Source: a bacterium (GTDB lineage Bacteria; JBDRGX01). Taken from it: a DNA stretch of 32,165 nucleotides. Position numbers and translations under genes: made by a program. Under the pieces are notes generated by a model, which was given only the letters and a program-made list of their open reading frames with translations, had not been told where the DNA came from and did not search any database. Shown piece by piece: positions 9,691 through 18,932 of the stretch. Position 1 is the first letter of the stretch, and the number at the start of each line of letters is the position of its first letter. The stretch is from assembly GCA_043817485.1 (NCBI GenBank), contig JBDRGX010000058.1, positions 1 through 32,165 of the forward strand, written 5' to 3'.

Positions 9691-10643
9691 TCCAACACCG
9701 CAATGCCAAAACCATATTTCCCGAACTCATTGCCATTATATAGCAAATATATTTTACTGTCACATTCAAAAACATGAGGGTAACATTGCATATCGGAATC
9801 CCATTCGCCTTCCGAGACATCAATTCCCACATTTTTATCGTCTCTAATCCAAGTTTTTAAGTCATCTGAAAATGCATAGCCAATCCTGTAACCCCTACTT
9901 TTGTTCTCCCTGAAATCGAAAGATTGTCTATAGCAAAAAAACATATGGTATTTACTATCAAACTTGATAACAGTAGGCAACGCCTGACTTTCATCAATGT
10001 TCAATTTATTAGTAATTATCTGTTTGCCATCTTCTTTTTCCCAGACAATACCATCTTTTGATGTGGCATGACCAATTTTATAAACACGATCTGGGGCATC
10101 TTCCTTTGAAAATTTTTTCCAATGAATGCCAAAGATGTACCACATATGAAAGGTATTTTCAAAAATATTTACAAACGGATCACCAACTAAACATGGCTCA
10201 TGCAATGAAGATGTGAGAATGGGTCCATCTCCAATCTTTTGAAAAGTAATGCCATCATCCTGACTTATTGCAAAACCAATTGAGGTATCTACTGCTACGG
10301 AAACTCTTCTGTTCCAACCACAGGTATAGCCATATATTTTATCTCTGCATCTAAAAACATTCATCGGGAATATCCCATGCTCGTCAAAACAGCCTAACTT
10401 ACCTAACTCGATGACTATATTTTTAGATACCTTAATTATCTCTTTAAAATTTTTCGTCATGTCAACAAAAGAAATATGACTCAAATACTTATCGTTCTTT
10501 ACATCTTTTTCCCTGGTAGAGAAATATATCCTTACGAAATTATCAAAAACCAGTGCTTGAGGAGATTGAGCATACTGGAAACAATTATTCGATAAATTAA
10601 ATTCCGTAGGATCAAATATTTTTCCAATTTTTAGCCATTTCAT
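9687..10643 (-). CDS. Five-bladed beta-propeller protein (GH130/GH43-like fold), paralog B
   Basis: Repeated blade motifs (FAISQDDGITF, HATSKDGIVW, YAFSDDLKTW), GCFDEHG, WDSDMQCYP, LLYNGNEFG; no signal peptide. Confidence 0.7.
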   Translation of the reverse strand: MKWLKIGKIFDPTEFNLSNNCFQYAQSPQALVFDNFVRIYFSTREKDVKNDKYLSHISFVDMTKNFKEIIKVSKNIVIELGKLGCFDEHGIFPMNVFRCRDKIYGYTCGWNRRVSVAVDTSIGFAISQDDGITFQKIGDGPILTSSLHEPCLVGDPFVNIFENTFHMWYIFGIHWKKFSKEDAPDRVYKIGHATSKDGIVWEKEDGKQIITNKLNIDESQALPTVIKFDSKYHMFFCYRQSFDFRENKSRGYRIGYAFSDDLKTWIRDDKNVGIDVSEGEWDSDMQCYPHVFECDSKIYLLYNGNEFGKYGFGIAVLE

Positions 10644-10664
10644 AAAAACTCACCACCCTACTAT

Positions 10665-11627
10665 TTAGATTAGCTTTCCATCTAATTGAGCCAAACCGAA
10701 ACCATGTCGCCCAACTTGGTTTCCGAGATAAAGCATGTAAATACTCTTGTCGCATTCAAAAACATGAGGATAGCTGATCATCTCAGAATCCCATCCTTCA
10801 TCAGAAACATCAATACCTGCTTTTAAATCATCTCTAATCCAGTTAATTAAATCAATAGAGAATGCATAGCCAATTCTATATCCGTTCTTTTTTCCCCTAT
10901 AATTCTGACTATATCTATAGCAAAAAAACATGTGATATTTTCCATTGCAAAAAAAAACATCTGGGCTGGCTTGAGCTTCATCTTCTTCTAATTTATTTTC
11001 AATAAGATCCTTATTGATTTTTGTCCAGTTTATACCATTAGTCGAAGTCGCCATACGGATCTTATAAACTGGCTCCGCTCTTTCATCTACAACTTTCCAC
11101 TTTCTACCCGCGATATACCATAGATACCACAGATTATTGTATTTTCTAATCTTCGGGCCACTTAGAACAAAAGGTTCATCAATGGTATATGACAAAATAG
11201 GACCATTGCCGAGCTTGGTGAATGTCTTGCCCTCATCTTGACTTGTTGCAAAGCCGATTGCGACATTGAATGGAACAGACTCGCACCGTGTCCAACCAGC
11301 ATAATATGCAAAAACATCATTGCCATTTTTTATTACAGATACTGGGTAGGTTCCAAATTCATCGAACTCTCCTAAATTACCTAATTTCAATATCGAATTT
11401 TTACTTACATTAAGTATTTCAAATAAATTAAGTCTATTCAAATCAACATAACCAGAGTAACTTACATATTGTGCATTTTCGTCGGGTAAAGGCCGACAAG
11501 AAAAATAGACTCTAACAAATTTATCAAAAATTAAAACTGAAGGTGCTTGTGCGAATTCTTTCATCCAGCTTATAGTTTTAACTTCAATAGGGTTAAAAAC
11601 CCTTCCAAGTTTTTTCCATGTAAACAT
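10665..11627 (-). CDS. Five-bladed beta-propeller protein (GH130/GH43-like fold), paralog A
   Basis: ATSQDEGKTF, ATSTNGINW, AFSIDLINW, GEFDEFG, WDSEMISYP; colinear with paralog B over the full length. Confidence 0.7.
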   Translation of the reverse strand: MFTWKKLGRVFNPIEVKTISWMKEFAQAPSVLIFDKFVRVYFSCRPLPDENAQYVSYSGYVDLNRLNLFEILNVSKNSILKLGNLGEFDEFGTYPVSVIKNGNDVFAYYAGWTRCESVPFNVAIGFATSQDEGKTFTKLGNGPILSYTIDEPFVLSGPKIRKYNNLWYLWYIAGRKWKVVDERAEPVYKIRMATSTNGINWTKINKDLIENKLEEDEAQASPDVFFCNGKYHMFFCYRYSQNYRGKKNGYRIGYAFSIDLINWIRDDLKAGIDVSDEGWDSEMISYPHVFECDKSIYMLYLGNQVGRHGFGLAQLDGKLI

Positions 11628-11647
11628 TTTTCACCCTTCTTACATAT

Positions 11648-12343
11648 TTATATCAATTCGTAATTATCCAACAATTTGCCCATTTCTATGGGATCATTAA
11701 ACATCATTACATCAATAATAGAAAGCCAAGGAACAAACGCATTATTAAATTGTTGGTATTCAATAGGCATTGATTTAATAAATTTCAAGTCAAGCCCATG
11801 TTCTCTAAAAATATCATTTGAATAAAGCCTTTGTCCTCCAATTGCATTTATATAAGTACTCGCGTCAAAATATTGACATATATCTATTACCTTGTCTTGA
11901 GACTTTATTGAATGATCTATACCAATATTTGAACATATAACAATTTCAGTTTCAATTTTTAACTCTTTGCATATTTCTTTAATTGAAAAATATATATACT
12001 TAAACAAGTTGGTTTCATTATTTAACAACACTTTTTCAAAAAGATAAAATATTTGTTTAAAATACGGAGCTTTTTTATAAGCCTCTTTCATTTTGTTAAG
12101 CAATTTAATTTTATTAAAATCAACAGATATTATTCTATCTTTCACATCTAAATAATCTGAATCTTTCTTTATCGAAATAAAAAAATTAGTAGCTTTTCTA
12201 TTTTGTAGAAACCTATTTCTGTTGATCCATCCCTTTTTAGTGTACTTGATATTGTCATAAACTACAAATTTGTCAACAGATTTTATTAACTGAAAATATC
12301 CAATATATGGGAAAAAATATGGTTGCATTATGCCAATTTTCAT
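11648..12343 (-). CDS. WbqC-family protein (putative glycyltransferase)
   Basis: Family signatures IMQPYFFPYIGYFQLI, GWINRNR, YINAIGG, YQQFNNAFVPWLSIIDVMMF. Confidence 0.9.
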   Translation of the reverse strand: MKIGIMQPYFFPYIGYFQLIKSVDKFVVYDNIKYTKKGWINRNRFLQNRKATNFFISIKKDSDYLDVKDRIISVDFNKIKLLNKMKEAYKKAPYFKQIFYLFEKVLLNNETNLFKYIYFSIKEICKELKIETEIVICSNIGIDHSIKSQDKVIDICQYFDASTYINAIGGQRLYSNDIFREHGLDLKFIKSMPIEYQQFNNAFVPWLSIIDVMMFNDPIEMGKLLDNYELI

Positions 12344-13449
12344 AATATCTTATCTTTAATAATTGATATTATTTTCATAACTGCTTCATTTTCTAAAGCG
12401 GAGTAAATTGGCAAACAAAGCACGGTATCTGCCACTTTTCTCGCCACTGGTAAATTAGACTGCAATGCAGAAGGCAACCCTCTATACATCGGAAATTCAC
12501 TTATCAATGGATAAAAATAGCGTCGAGCATAAATCCCATGTTGCCGAAGTTTTTCATAAAGTTCATCTCGTAATAATGGATATTCTTTTTCAATCAATAT
12601 TGGAAAATACGAATAATTGTGTGTTGCCTCGACAGGTAATGGTGGACAGAAAATACCAGGAACAGATAAAAGTTGTTTCCGGTATTGTACATTTATCTCT
12701 CGGCGACTATCAATTGCTTTATCAATATACTTGAGTTGCAACAGGCCAAATGCTGCTTGTACTTCATTCATTTTTCCATTGATTCCAGTCGCTACTACGG
12801 TAACTTCACCGGAATAGCCAAAATTTTTCAGGTCATCAATGTGTTTTTTCGTTTTAGCGTCAGAACAAACTATAGCACCACCCTCAAAGGTATTGAATAC
12901 TTTTGTTGCATGGAAACTCAATATTGACAGATCTCCATGCTTCAACAAGCTCTCACCCTTATAGTTGATTCCAAACGCATGTGCCGCATCATAAATGACT
13001 TTCAAACCATATGTATCAGCAATCTTTTGTATTTTTTCTACATCACACGGGTTTCCATATATATGTACCGGCAAAATTGCAGTAGTATGCGGTGTGATTG
13101 CCGCTTCGATCTTTTCCGGATCAAGATTGAATGTTTCGGGATGAATATCAACAAAAACAGGTTTTATGCCATTCCACAAAAGAGAATGTGCGGTTGCAAC
13201 AAAAGAAAACGGAGTAGTAATAACCTCACCGGTAATTCGTAATGACTGAAGTGCTATAACAAGAGCAAGAGTGCCATTAGCAAACAAAGCAAGATGCTTA
13301 ACTCCCAAATACTCAGCCAGTTTTTTTTCCAATTCCTGATGAAATGGTCCGTCATTGGTAAGCCATTTGTTCTCCCAGATTTGTTCCAGATACGACACAA
13401 ATTCTTCTAGTGGAGGAAGAAATGGTTGTGTTACATAGATGTTTTTCAT
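12340..13449 (-). CDS. vioA: DegT/DnrJ/EryC1/StrS PLP aminotransferase, VioA-like (dTDP-4-amino-4,6-dideoxyglucose forming)
   Basis: IYVTQPFLPPLEEF, WLTNDGP, NGTLAL, YDAAHAFG, SFHATKVFNTFEGG (PLP lysine), ARRYFYP. Start placed at ATG 13449 (MKNIYV); the ORF extends to 13497. Confidence 0.85.
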   Translation of the reverse strand: MKNIYVTQPFLPPLEEFVSYLEQIWENKWLTNDGPFHQELEKKLAEYLGVKHLALFANGTLALVIALQSLRITGEVITTPFSFVATAHSLLWNGIKPVFVDIHPETFNLDPEKIEAAITPHTTAILPVHIYGNPCDVEKIQKIADTYGLKVIYDAAHAFGINYKGESLLKHGDLSILSFHATKVFNTFEGGAIVCSDAKTKKHIDDLKNFGYSGEVTVVATGINGKMNEVQAAFGLLQLKYIDKAIDSRREINVQYRKQLLSVPGIFCPPLPVEATHNYSYFPILIEKEYPLLRDELYEKLRQHGIYARRYFYPLISEFPMYRGLPSALQSNLPVARKVADTVLCLPIYSALENEAVMKIISIIKDKIL

Positions 13450-13521
13450 GCTACTACTTCCTTTGTTTTCTTTTTTATTTTTCATTGAAACAACCATTAA
13501 TTTTCTCTAATGGTTAATATT

Positions 13522-13548
13522 ATTATATCATAAAAAAAATTTTAGCAA
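13522..13548 (-). promoter_or_regulatory. Putative promoter of the vioA-wzx cluster
   Basis: Minus strand TTGCTA-N15-TATAAT with a TG extended -10. Confidence 0.45.
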
Positions 13549-13670
13549 GCATTATTTATCTGTTATATCTTTAAAAAATGGTTATAAATTAACATGATAA
13601 AACTTCTTCTTTTTCACTACTTTTATATGTTCTGACTTTAAAGCCTATTCCAAAAAACCTTCAAATTTTT

Positions 13671-15257
13671 TCATTGTGAAAAATTCATAAAAATTTTTTC
13701 AAATTCTTGATTAATTTTTTCAATATCTTTTTCTATAAAAAGTGCTTTTTTATACTCTTTTAAAAAATCATTGTTATAATGTAATTTTTTATAAATCACT
13801 GCTAATAACAAATGATAATAAGCATTATTTGGATATAATTCACTTGCTTTTTGAATTTCAAAAATTGCTTTATTCATATCTCCTTTTTGTAAATACAAAA
13901 TTCCTATATCTTTATGTAAATAAGGAAGATGTGGATTAAGTTTAATAGACTGAGAATACGCATCAATAGCTTTTAAAATTTCACCTTTAAATTTATAACA
14001 ATATCCTAAATGTGCATAAGGAAGATAATTTAAAGGATTTAATTTTTTAGATATTTGATATTCTTCAATAGATCTATCTATATTATCTTTGAAAATATTT
14101 TTTGCTTTATTAAAATGAACTTCACTTTGATAAACACAAAAAATATAACTTAAATAAATTAACGAAATAATGACAAAAAAAATAATTATAAATTTTTTAA
14201 AAGAGCTTTTAATTTCTATTTTTTTCTTTTCTAAAAACATTAAAGGAAACCCTAAAAAAATTACGGCTAAAATACTAAGATTAGGAATATAAAAATCAAA
14301 ATCAAATAAATTGTGAATTAAAAAACCTATACTTCCGCTAATAAAACCAAAACAAAGAATTTTATTTTCAAAATCCAAACTTTTAATTTTTTTAAAAATA
14401 AAATTTATTAAGCAAAAAAGAAATAAAAGAAAAAAGAAAAAACCATGAATGCCAATTTCTGATGTTAACTCTAAAAAAGAATTATGACAATGTTGCATAG
14501 TTCCAGATTCAATTGATTTGTATTTTGGATAAATACTTGAAAAAGTACCAAAACCAGTACCAAATGGATAATCTTTAATTATTTTTAAAGTATCTATTGA
14601 TGTGCGAAAACGAGACATAATTGGATTATACCCAATTATATCGTTTTTCCGACACAAAAAAATAAAAAATAAAATAATGAATAATAGAAAAATAACAATA
14701 AAAATATTTTTAATATTTTTTATTTTAAATAATTTTTCCTTGTTATTTATAGCAGGATTTTTTTCTTTCAAAAAAAACATCTTATTACACCAATTTATCC
14801 CTGTTTCAAAAAATAAGATATTTTTCACTTTTCCAAGTAGACATAAAAATATAAAAAAAGAAAAAATTAAACTTATCCATCCACCTAAAGAAAGAGTAAG
14901 AAATAAAGATATAAATAAAAAAATCAAAAGCATAAAAAACAACATTTTTTGTTTTTTATATATCATAAAGCAACTTGCGGATAATGGAATAAGCATAACA
15001 ATATATCCAGCCAATGTATTCGGTAAAAGAAAAAATGAAAAAATTCTTTTTCTTTCTAAACTATTTTTAACTATATCTCCCAAAGAAAAATCAAAAACTA
15101 AATTAGATGTTTTAAAAATAAAAAAGTATTGTAAAAAACCATATAAACAAACAACAAAAGAAGGTATAAGTATTATATAAATAAATTTTTTGCTTTGCTC
15201 AAAATTTACAACAGAAACAAAAAGATGAAAAATCAAAATATAACTAATTATTTTCAT
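13671..15257 (-). CDS. O-antigen ligase / O-oligosaccharyltransferase-family membrane protein (Wzy_C) with C-terminal TPR repeats; true N-terminus extends upstream across a frameshift
   Basis: RIFSFFLLPNTLAGY, LTLSLGGW, PFGTGFGTF, HCHNSFLELTSEIG, HNLFDF; TPRs from about residue 380. The frame stays open upstream to ~15470 and continues plausibly in another frame past the A9 run at 15426-15434. Confidence 0.85.
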   Translation of the reverse strand: MKIISYILIFHLFVSVVNFEQSKKFIYIILIPSFVVCLYGFLQYFFIFKTSNLVFDFSLGDIVKNSLERKRIFSFFLLPNTLAGYIVMLIPLSASCFMIYKKQKMLFFMLLIFLFISLFLTLSLGGWISLIFSFFIFLCLLGKVKNILFFETGINWCNKMFFLKEKNPAINNKEKLFKIKNIKNIFIVIFLLFIILFFIFLCRKNDIIGYNPIMSRFRTSIDTLKIIKDYPFGTGFGTFSSIYPKYKSIESGTMQHCHNSFLELTSEIGIHGFFFFLLFLFCLINFIFKKIKSLDFENKILCFGFISGSIGFLIHNLFDFDFYIPNLSILAVIFLGFPLMFLEKKKIEIKSSFKKFIIIFFVIISLIYLSYIFCVYQSEVHFNKAKNIFKDNIDRSIEEYQISKKLNPLNYLPYAHLGYCYKFKGEILKAIDAYSQSIKLNPHLPYLHKDIGILYLQKGDMNKAIFEIQKASELYPNNAYYHLLLAVIYKKLHYNNDFLKEYKKALFIEKDIEKINQEFEKIFMNFSQ

Positions 15258-15548
15258 TATTTCTAATAATGTTTCATAAAAATGAATAGAATAAAAAAGA
15301 GAAATAAATAAAGAAAAAAAGAAAAGAAAAAAAGGAATTTTATTTATAGCTACAACTTGAAAATACTGGTTTTTTAAAGATGAAATAAGCCAAATAACAA
15401 ATAAAAGTGTAGTTAAAATATGAATAAAAAAAAAGATAATCTGGATATATATGAGTAGATAAAAAAGGAGTTAACAATAATATAATAAAAAGACCTAATT
15501 TAATAATTTTAATAATATAAACACCTAATTTTTTTTGTGATGAAAAAT

Positions 15549-17303
15549 TTATAATTTTTTATTTATAACATTTTTAAATTGTTTATTATATAAAGAAGCA
15601 TAAAATTCATTCTTTTCTAAAAGTTCTTTATGAGTTCCTTTTTCAACAAACTTTCCTTTATTCATTACTATAATTATATCTGCTTCTATAATAGTCGATA
15701 AACGATGTGCAATAATAAATGTAGTTCTATCTTTCATTAATTTTTGAATAGCATTTTGAATCAAAGACTCACTTTCTGCATCTAAAGCAGAAGTTATTTC
15801 ATCAAAAATTAAAATTTTAGGATTTTTAAGAAATGTTCTTGCAATAGAAATTCTTTGTTTTTGTCCCATTGATAATGTTTTTCCATGCTCTCCAATAATA
15901 GAATTAAACCCTTGTTCAAAATTCATAATAAAATCATAAGCATTAGCTTGTTTTGACGCTTCTTTTATTTCTTCAAAAGAAGCATCAAAATTACCTAATC
16001 TAATATTTTCTTCAATTGTTCCAGAAAAAAGAATGCTTTGTTGCATTACTACACCGATATTTTGTCGTAAAAAAGACAATTTTATTTTTTTTATATCAAC
16101 ATCATCAATTAATATTTGTCCTTCATCTGGATCATAAAATCTTGAAATTAAATCCATTAAAGTACTTTTGCCAGATCCACTGTAACCAACTAAAGCAATT
16201 GTTTTTCCTGCTGAACCTATAAAAGAAATGTTTTCTAAAACTTTTTTTAAAGAATTTTTAGAATAATTAAAAGATACATTTTTAAATTCTACTTTTCCTT
16301 TTATTGGCAAATTTACAGTTTTTTCAATATCAATTTCTGAACTAATATCTAAATATTCAAAAACTCTTTCTGTAGATGCTAAACTTGTGGCAATTTCAAT
16401 AGACATTTCTGAAAGAGTAGCAATAGGACTATAAATAAGAGGCAAATATAATAAAAAAGTTACTAAACTTCCAATAGAAATTTGATTATTAAAAACTAAA
16501 TAAATACCTACCCAAAGAACAATTATTTTTCCTAAATGTTGTAAAATTTCATGCAAAGATTGAAAAATAGAACCAATTTTTGCTTTTTTTAAAAAATTAT
16601 CATAATATTTTTTTAAAAAATTTAAAAAAATTTAACTTTGTTTTTTTTCTAAAACAAAAGATTTAATTACTTTTATTCCACCTATTTTTTCTGTTGCTTC
16701 ACCAGAAATATCAGATATTTTTTTTTGTAAATTTTTACTCTGTTTTTTTATAATAGGCAAGCATATTTTTAAAAGAATTGCATAAATTACACAAGTTAAA
16801 AAAGTAATAAAAGTTAGTTTTTTGCTTGTAATCCATCCAAAAATTAAAAAAGGAATAAAATTAACTATGTTAAGTACAATAGATGGAATAGCATTTCCTA
16901 CAAGAGTTTCTATTTGTTCAATATCATTAATAAGTCTTGAAATAATTTCACCAATTCTTTTTTTATCATAAAAAGAATTGCTTAATTTTAAAAGATGATT
17001 ATAAAAATGAGATCTTATTTCCATTTTTACCTTATTAGCTAATAAACGAGGTAAAAATGTTCGTAAAAAATAAACAATCGTAAGCAACAAAAACAAAATA
17101 ATAAGAAACAAGAAAAAAGAATTTAATTCTTTTAAAGAATATTTATTTTCTTTAATACCATCAATAATTTTTCCCAAAAAAAAAGGAATAATATATCCTG
17201 TAACAGATTTAATAATAGCAAAAAAAGTAGCTGCTATTAATATCCATTTATGTGGTTTTAAAAACATGAACAATTTTTTTAAGGTGTGTGTTTTTTGCTC
17301 CAT
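15549..17303 (-). pseudogene. MsbA/Sav1866-type ABC exporter (TMD+NBD fusion) interrupted by one in-frame TAA at 16632-16634 (pseudogene or sequence error)
   Basis: ORFs 16632..17315 (TMD, GEIISRLINDI) and 15549..16556 (GYSGSGKST, LSMGQKQR, ILIFDE, IAHRLST) share a frame. The 25 codons between them are open: LEKKQS*IFLNFLKKYYDNFLKKAKIGSIFQSLHE. Joined length is ~585 aa. Start at ATG 17303 or TTG 17315. Confidence 0.8.
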
Positions 17304-17343
17304 ATTATCTTTCAAAATTAAATTTATTTTATATTTGTACCAC

Positions 17344-18270
17344 TTAAGATGCTGTTAAACTCAAAAAAATATTTTCTAATGTAGTTTTTTCTGGTTTTAA
17401 TTCTAAAAGACTCCATCCATTATCACGGGTTAAAAAATATATTTCTTCACATATTTTTTCATTTTTTTCTTTAGTAAAAACTTCATAAGTAATTATTTCA
17501 TTATTTCTTTCTATGACACTGACTTCTTTTACTTGTGATATTGTTTGAATTTTAGGTAATACTATATTTTCATTTCCTCTAATTTTAACAAATATTCTAC
17601 TTTCTCCTTGAGACATGTTTTGCAATTCTTTAGGAGTTCCTGAAATAACTATTTTTCCATTGTTAATAATTAAAACTTGTGTACAAGTTGCTTCTACTTC
17701 AGATAAAATATGAGTACTTAAAATAACTGTTTTTTCCTTTCCCAAATCCTTAATTAAACTTCTAATTTCAACTATTTGTTTAGGATCTAACCCTGAAGTC
17801 GGCTCATCTAAAATCAAAATTTCTGGATTATGAATCATTGCTTGAGCTAACCCAACTCTTTGTTTATACCCTTTAGAAAGTTCTCCTATATCTTTTTTAA
17901 TTACTTTTTCTAAACTACAAATTTTAACTATTTCTTTTACTCTTTCTTTTTTATTAGAAATACCTCTTATTTCTGCTATAAAATCCAAATAATCTATTAC
18001 TTGAATATCTTCATATAAAGGATTATTTTCTGGCAAATAACCTATATGTTTTTTTATTTCAAAAGAAGATTCAAATATATCTAAACCAGCTACTTTAGCA
18101 GTACCCTCTTGAGGCAACATATACCCAGTAAGCATTCGCATTGTAGTAGTTTTTCCAGCAGCATTAGGTCCTAAAAAACCCAAAATTTCTCCTTTTTTTA
18201 CTTCAAAAGAAATATCATTTACAGCTGTAACATCACCATATTTTTTAGTTAAATTTTTAACTTCTATCAT
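17344..18270 (-). CDS. ABC-2-type transporter ATP-binding protein (GldA-like)
   Basis: GFLGPNAAGKTTTMR, GYLPENNPLY, LSKGYKQRVGLAQA, ILDEPTSGLDP, LSTHIL, C-terminal LENIFLSLT; AAGGAG RBS. Confidence 0.9.
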   Translation of the reverse strand: MIEVKNLTKKYGDVTAVNDISFEVKKGEILGFLGPNAAGKTTTMRMLTGYMLPQEGTAKVAGLDIFESSFEIKKHIGYLPENNPLYEDIQVIDYLDFIAEIRGISNKKERVKEIVKICSLEKVIKKDIGELSKGYKQRVGLAQAMIHNPEILILDEPTSGLDPKQIVEIRSLIKDLGKEKTVILSTHILSEVEATCTQVLIINNGKIVISGTPKELQNMSQGESRIFVKIRGNENIVLPKIQTISQVKEVSVIERNNEIITYEVFTKEKNEKICEEIYFLTRDNGWSLLELKPEKTTLENIFLSLTAS

Positions 18271-18426
18271 AAATTATTTCTCCTTAATAAAACTATTAAA
18301 AAATGATTTTTTTCTTTTTTTTTCATTTTTAATTCATAATTCTTTTCTGTATTCTTACTTAATTATATAAATTTTCTGGCAACTTAATATTAAACATACT
18401 GAATTTCTTGCAAAATTCATTTGCCT

Positions 18427-18663
18427 TTAACTTCTTATTACCTTCCATTGTGCTTCAATGGTATCAGCTGACAAATCAGCACCACAATCCCATTCAATAA
18501 AATATCCACCATTGAAGACCTTTAGAAATTCGTTGTGATCTCGAAGGGCTTCAAACGCCTCATATTCCAAATAGGGACTAACATCAAAATGACCAATGCG
18601 ACCATCATCTGCAATAATAGACAACACCCAATTAGATTTTGGAAAAAGTTTTGTTATTCTCAT
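18427..18663 (-). CDS. DUF2442-family protein (putative antitoxin partner)
   Basis: DGRIGHFDVSPYL..FEALRD..F..V....IEWDCGADLSADTI pattern; ATG 18663 overlaps the upstream TGA (ATGA). Confidence 0.8.
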   Translation of the reverse strand: MRITKLFPKSNWVLSIIADDGRIGHFDVSPYLEYEAFEALRDHNEFLKVFNGGYFIEWDCGADLSADTIEAQWKVIRS

Positions 18664-18932
18664 TGATCGATTCCTCTGATTGGAAATAGTTTCTTTCCGC
18701 TTACAGCCAAATTCCAATCAGCAAGCAAATCTTCTTGATGAATCTCAATCCATGCAATAACTAATTTGTGCTTATTCGGTAGTATTTCCCCAGCCAAAAG
18801 CATTCCATCAAAAATTGAGTATACTGCAACTTTCCCTTGGTAATCAGCATGTATATGTGGTACATGATATTTCTCGGCATCTCGAAAAAACATTCGAATC
18901 AAAATTCCATAAAACATTGAAATTGTTGGCAT
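18660..18932 (-). CDS. DUF4160-family protein (putative toxin)
   Basis: MPTISMFYGILIRMF..HVPHIHADY..AWIEIHQEDLLADW signature; 90 aa; AAAGGA RBS. Confidence 0.85.
   Translation of the reverse strand: MPTISMFYGILIRMFFRDAEKYHVPHIHADYQGKVAVYSIFDGMLLAGEILPNKHKLVIAWIEIHQEDLLADWNLAVSGKKLFPIRGIDQ

Larger units (their letters stand above)
5515..13500. other. Compositionally distinct (GC-richer) glycan-biosynthesis block, probably horizontally acquired
   Basis: Spot counts: 30/60 G+C at 8101-8160 versus 10/60 at 5161-5220. G/C-ending codons are common inside the block and rare in the flanks. No integrase or att site seen. Confidence 0.65.

Noticed and set aside
14602-15180. 192-aa plus-strand ORF
   Set aside because: Antisense shadow of the Phe/Leu/Ile-rich ligase gene; Lys/Ile/Asn-rich low-complexity product with no motifs.
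16632-16634. Stop-codon reassignment suggested by the in-frame TAA
   Set aside because: TAA terminates most genes in the window at expected family lengths; a single case does not support an alternative code.
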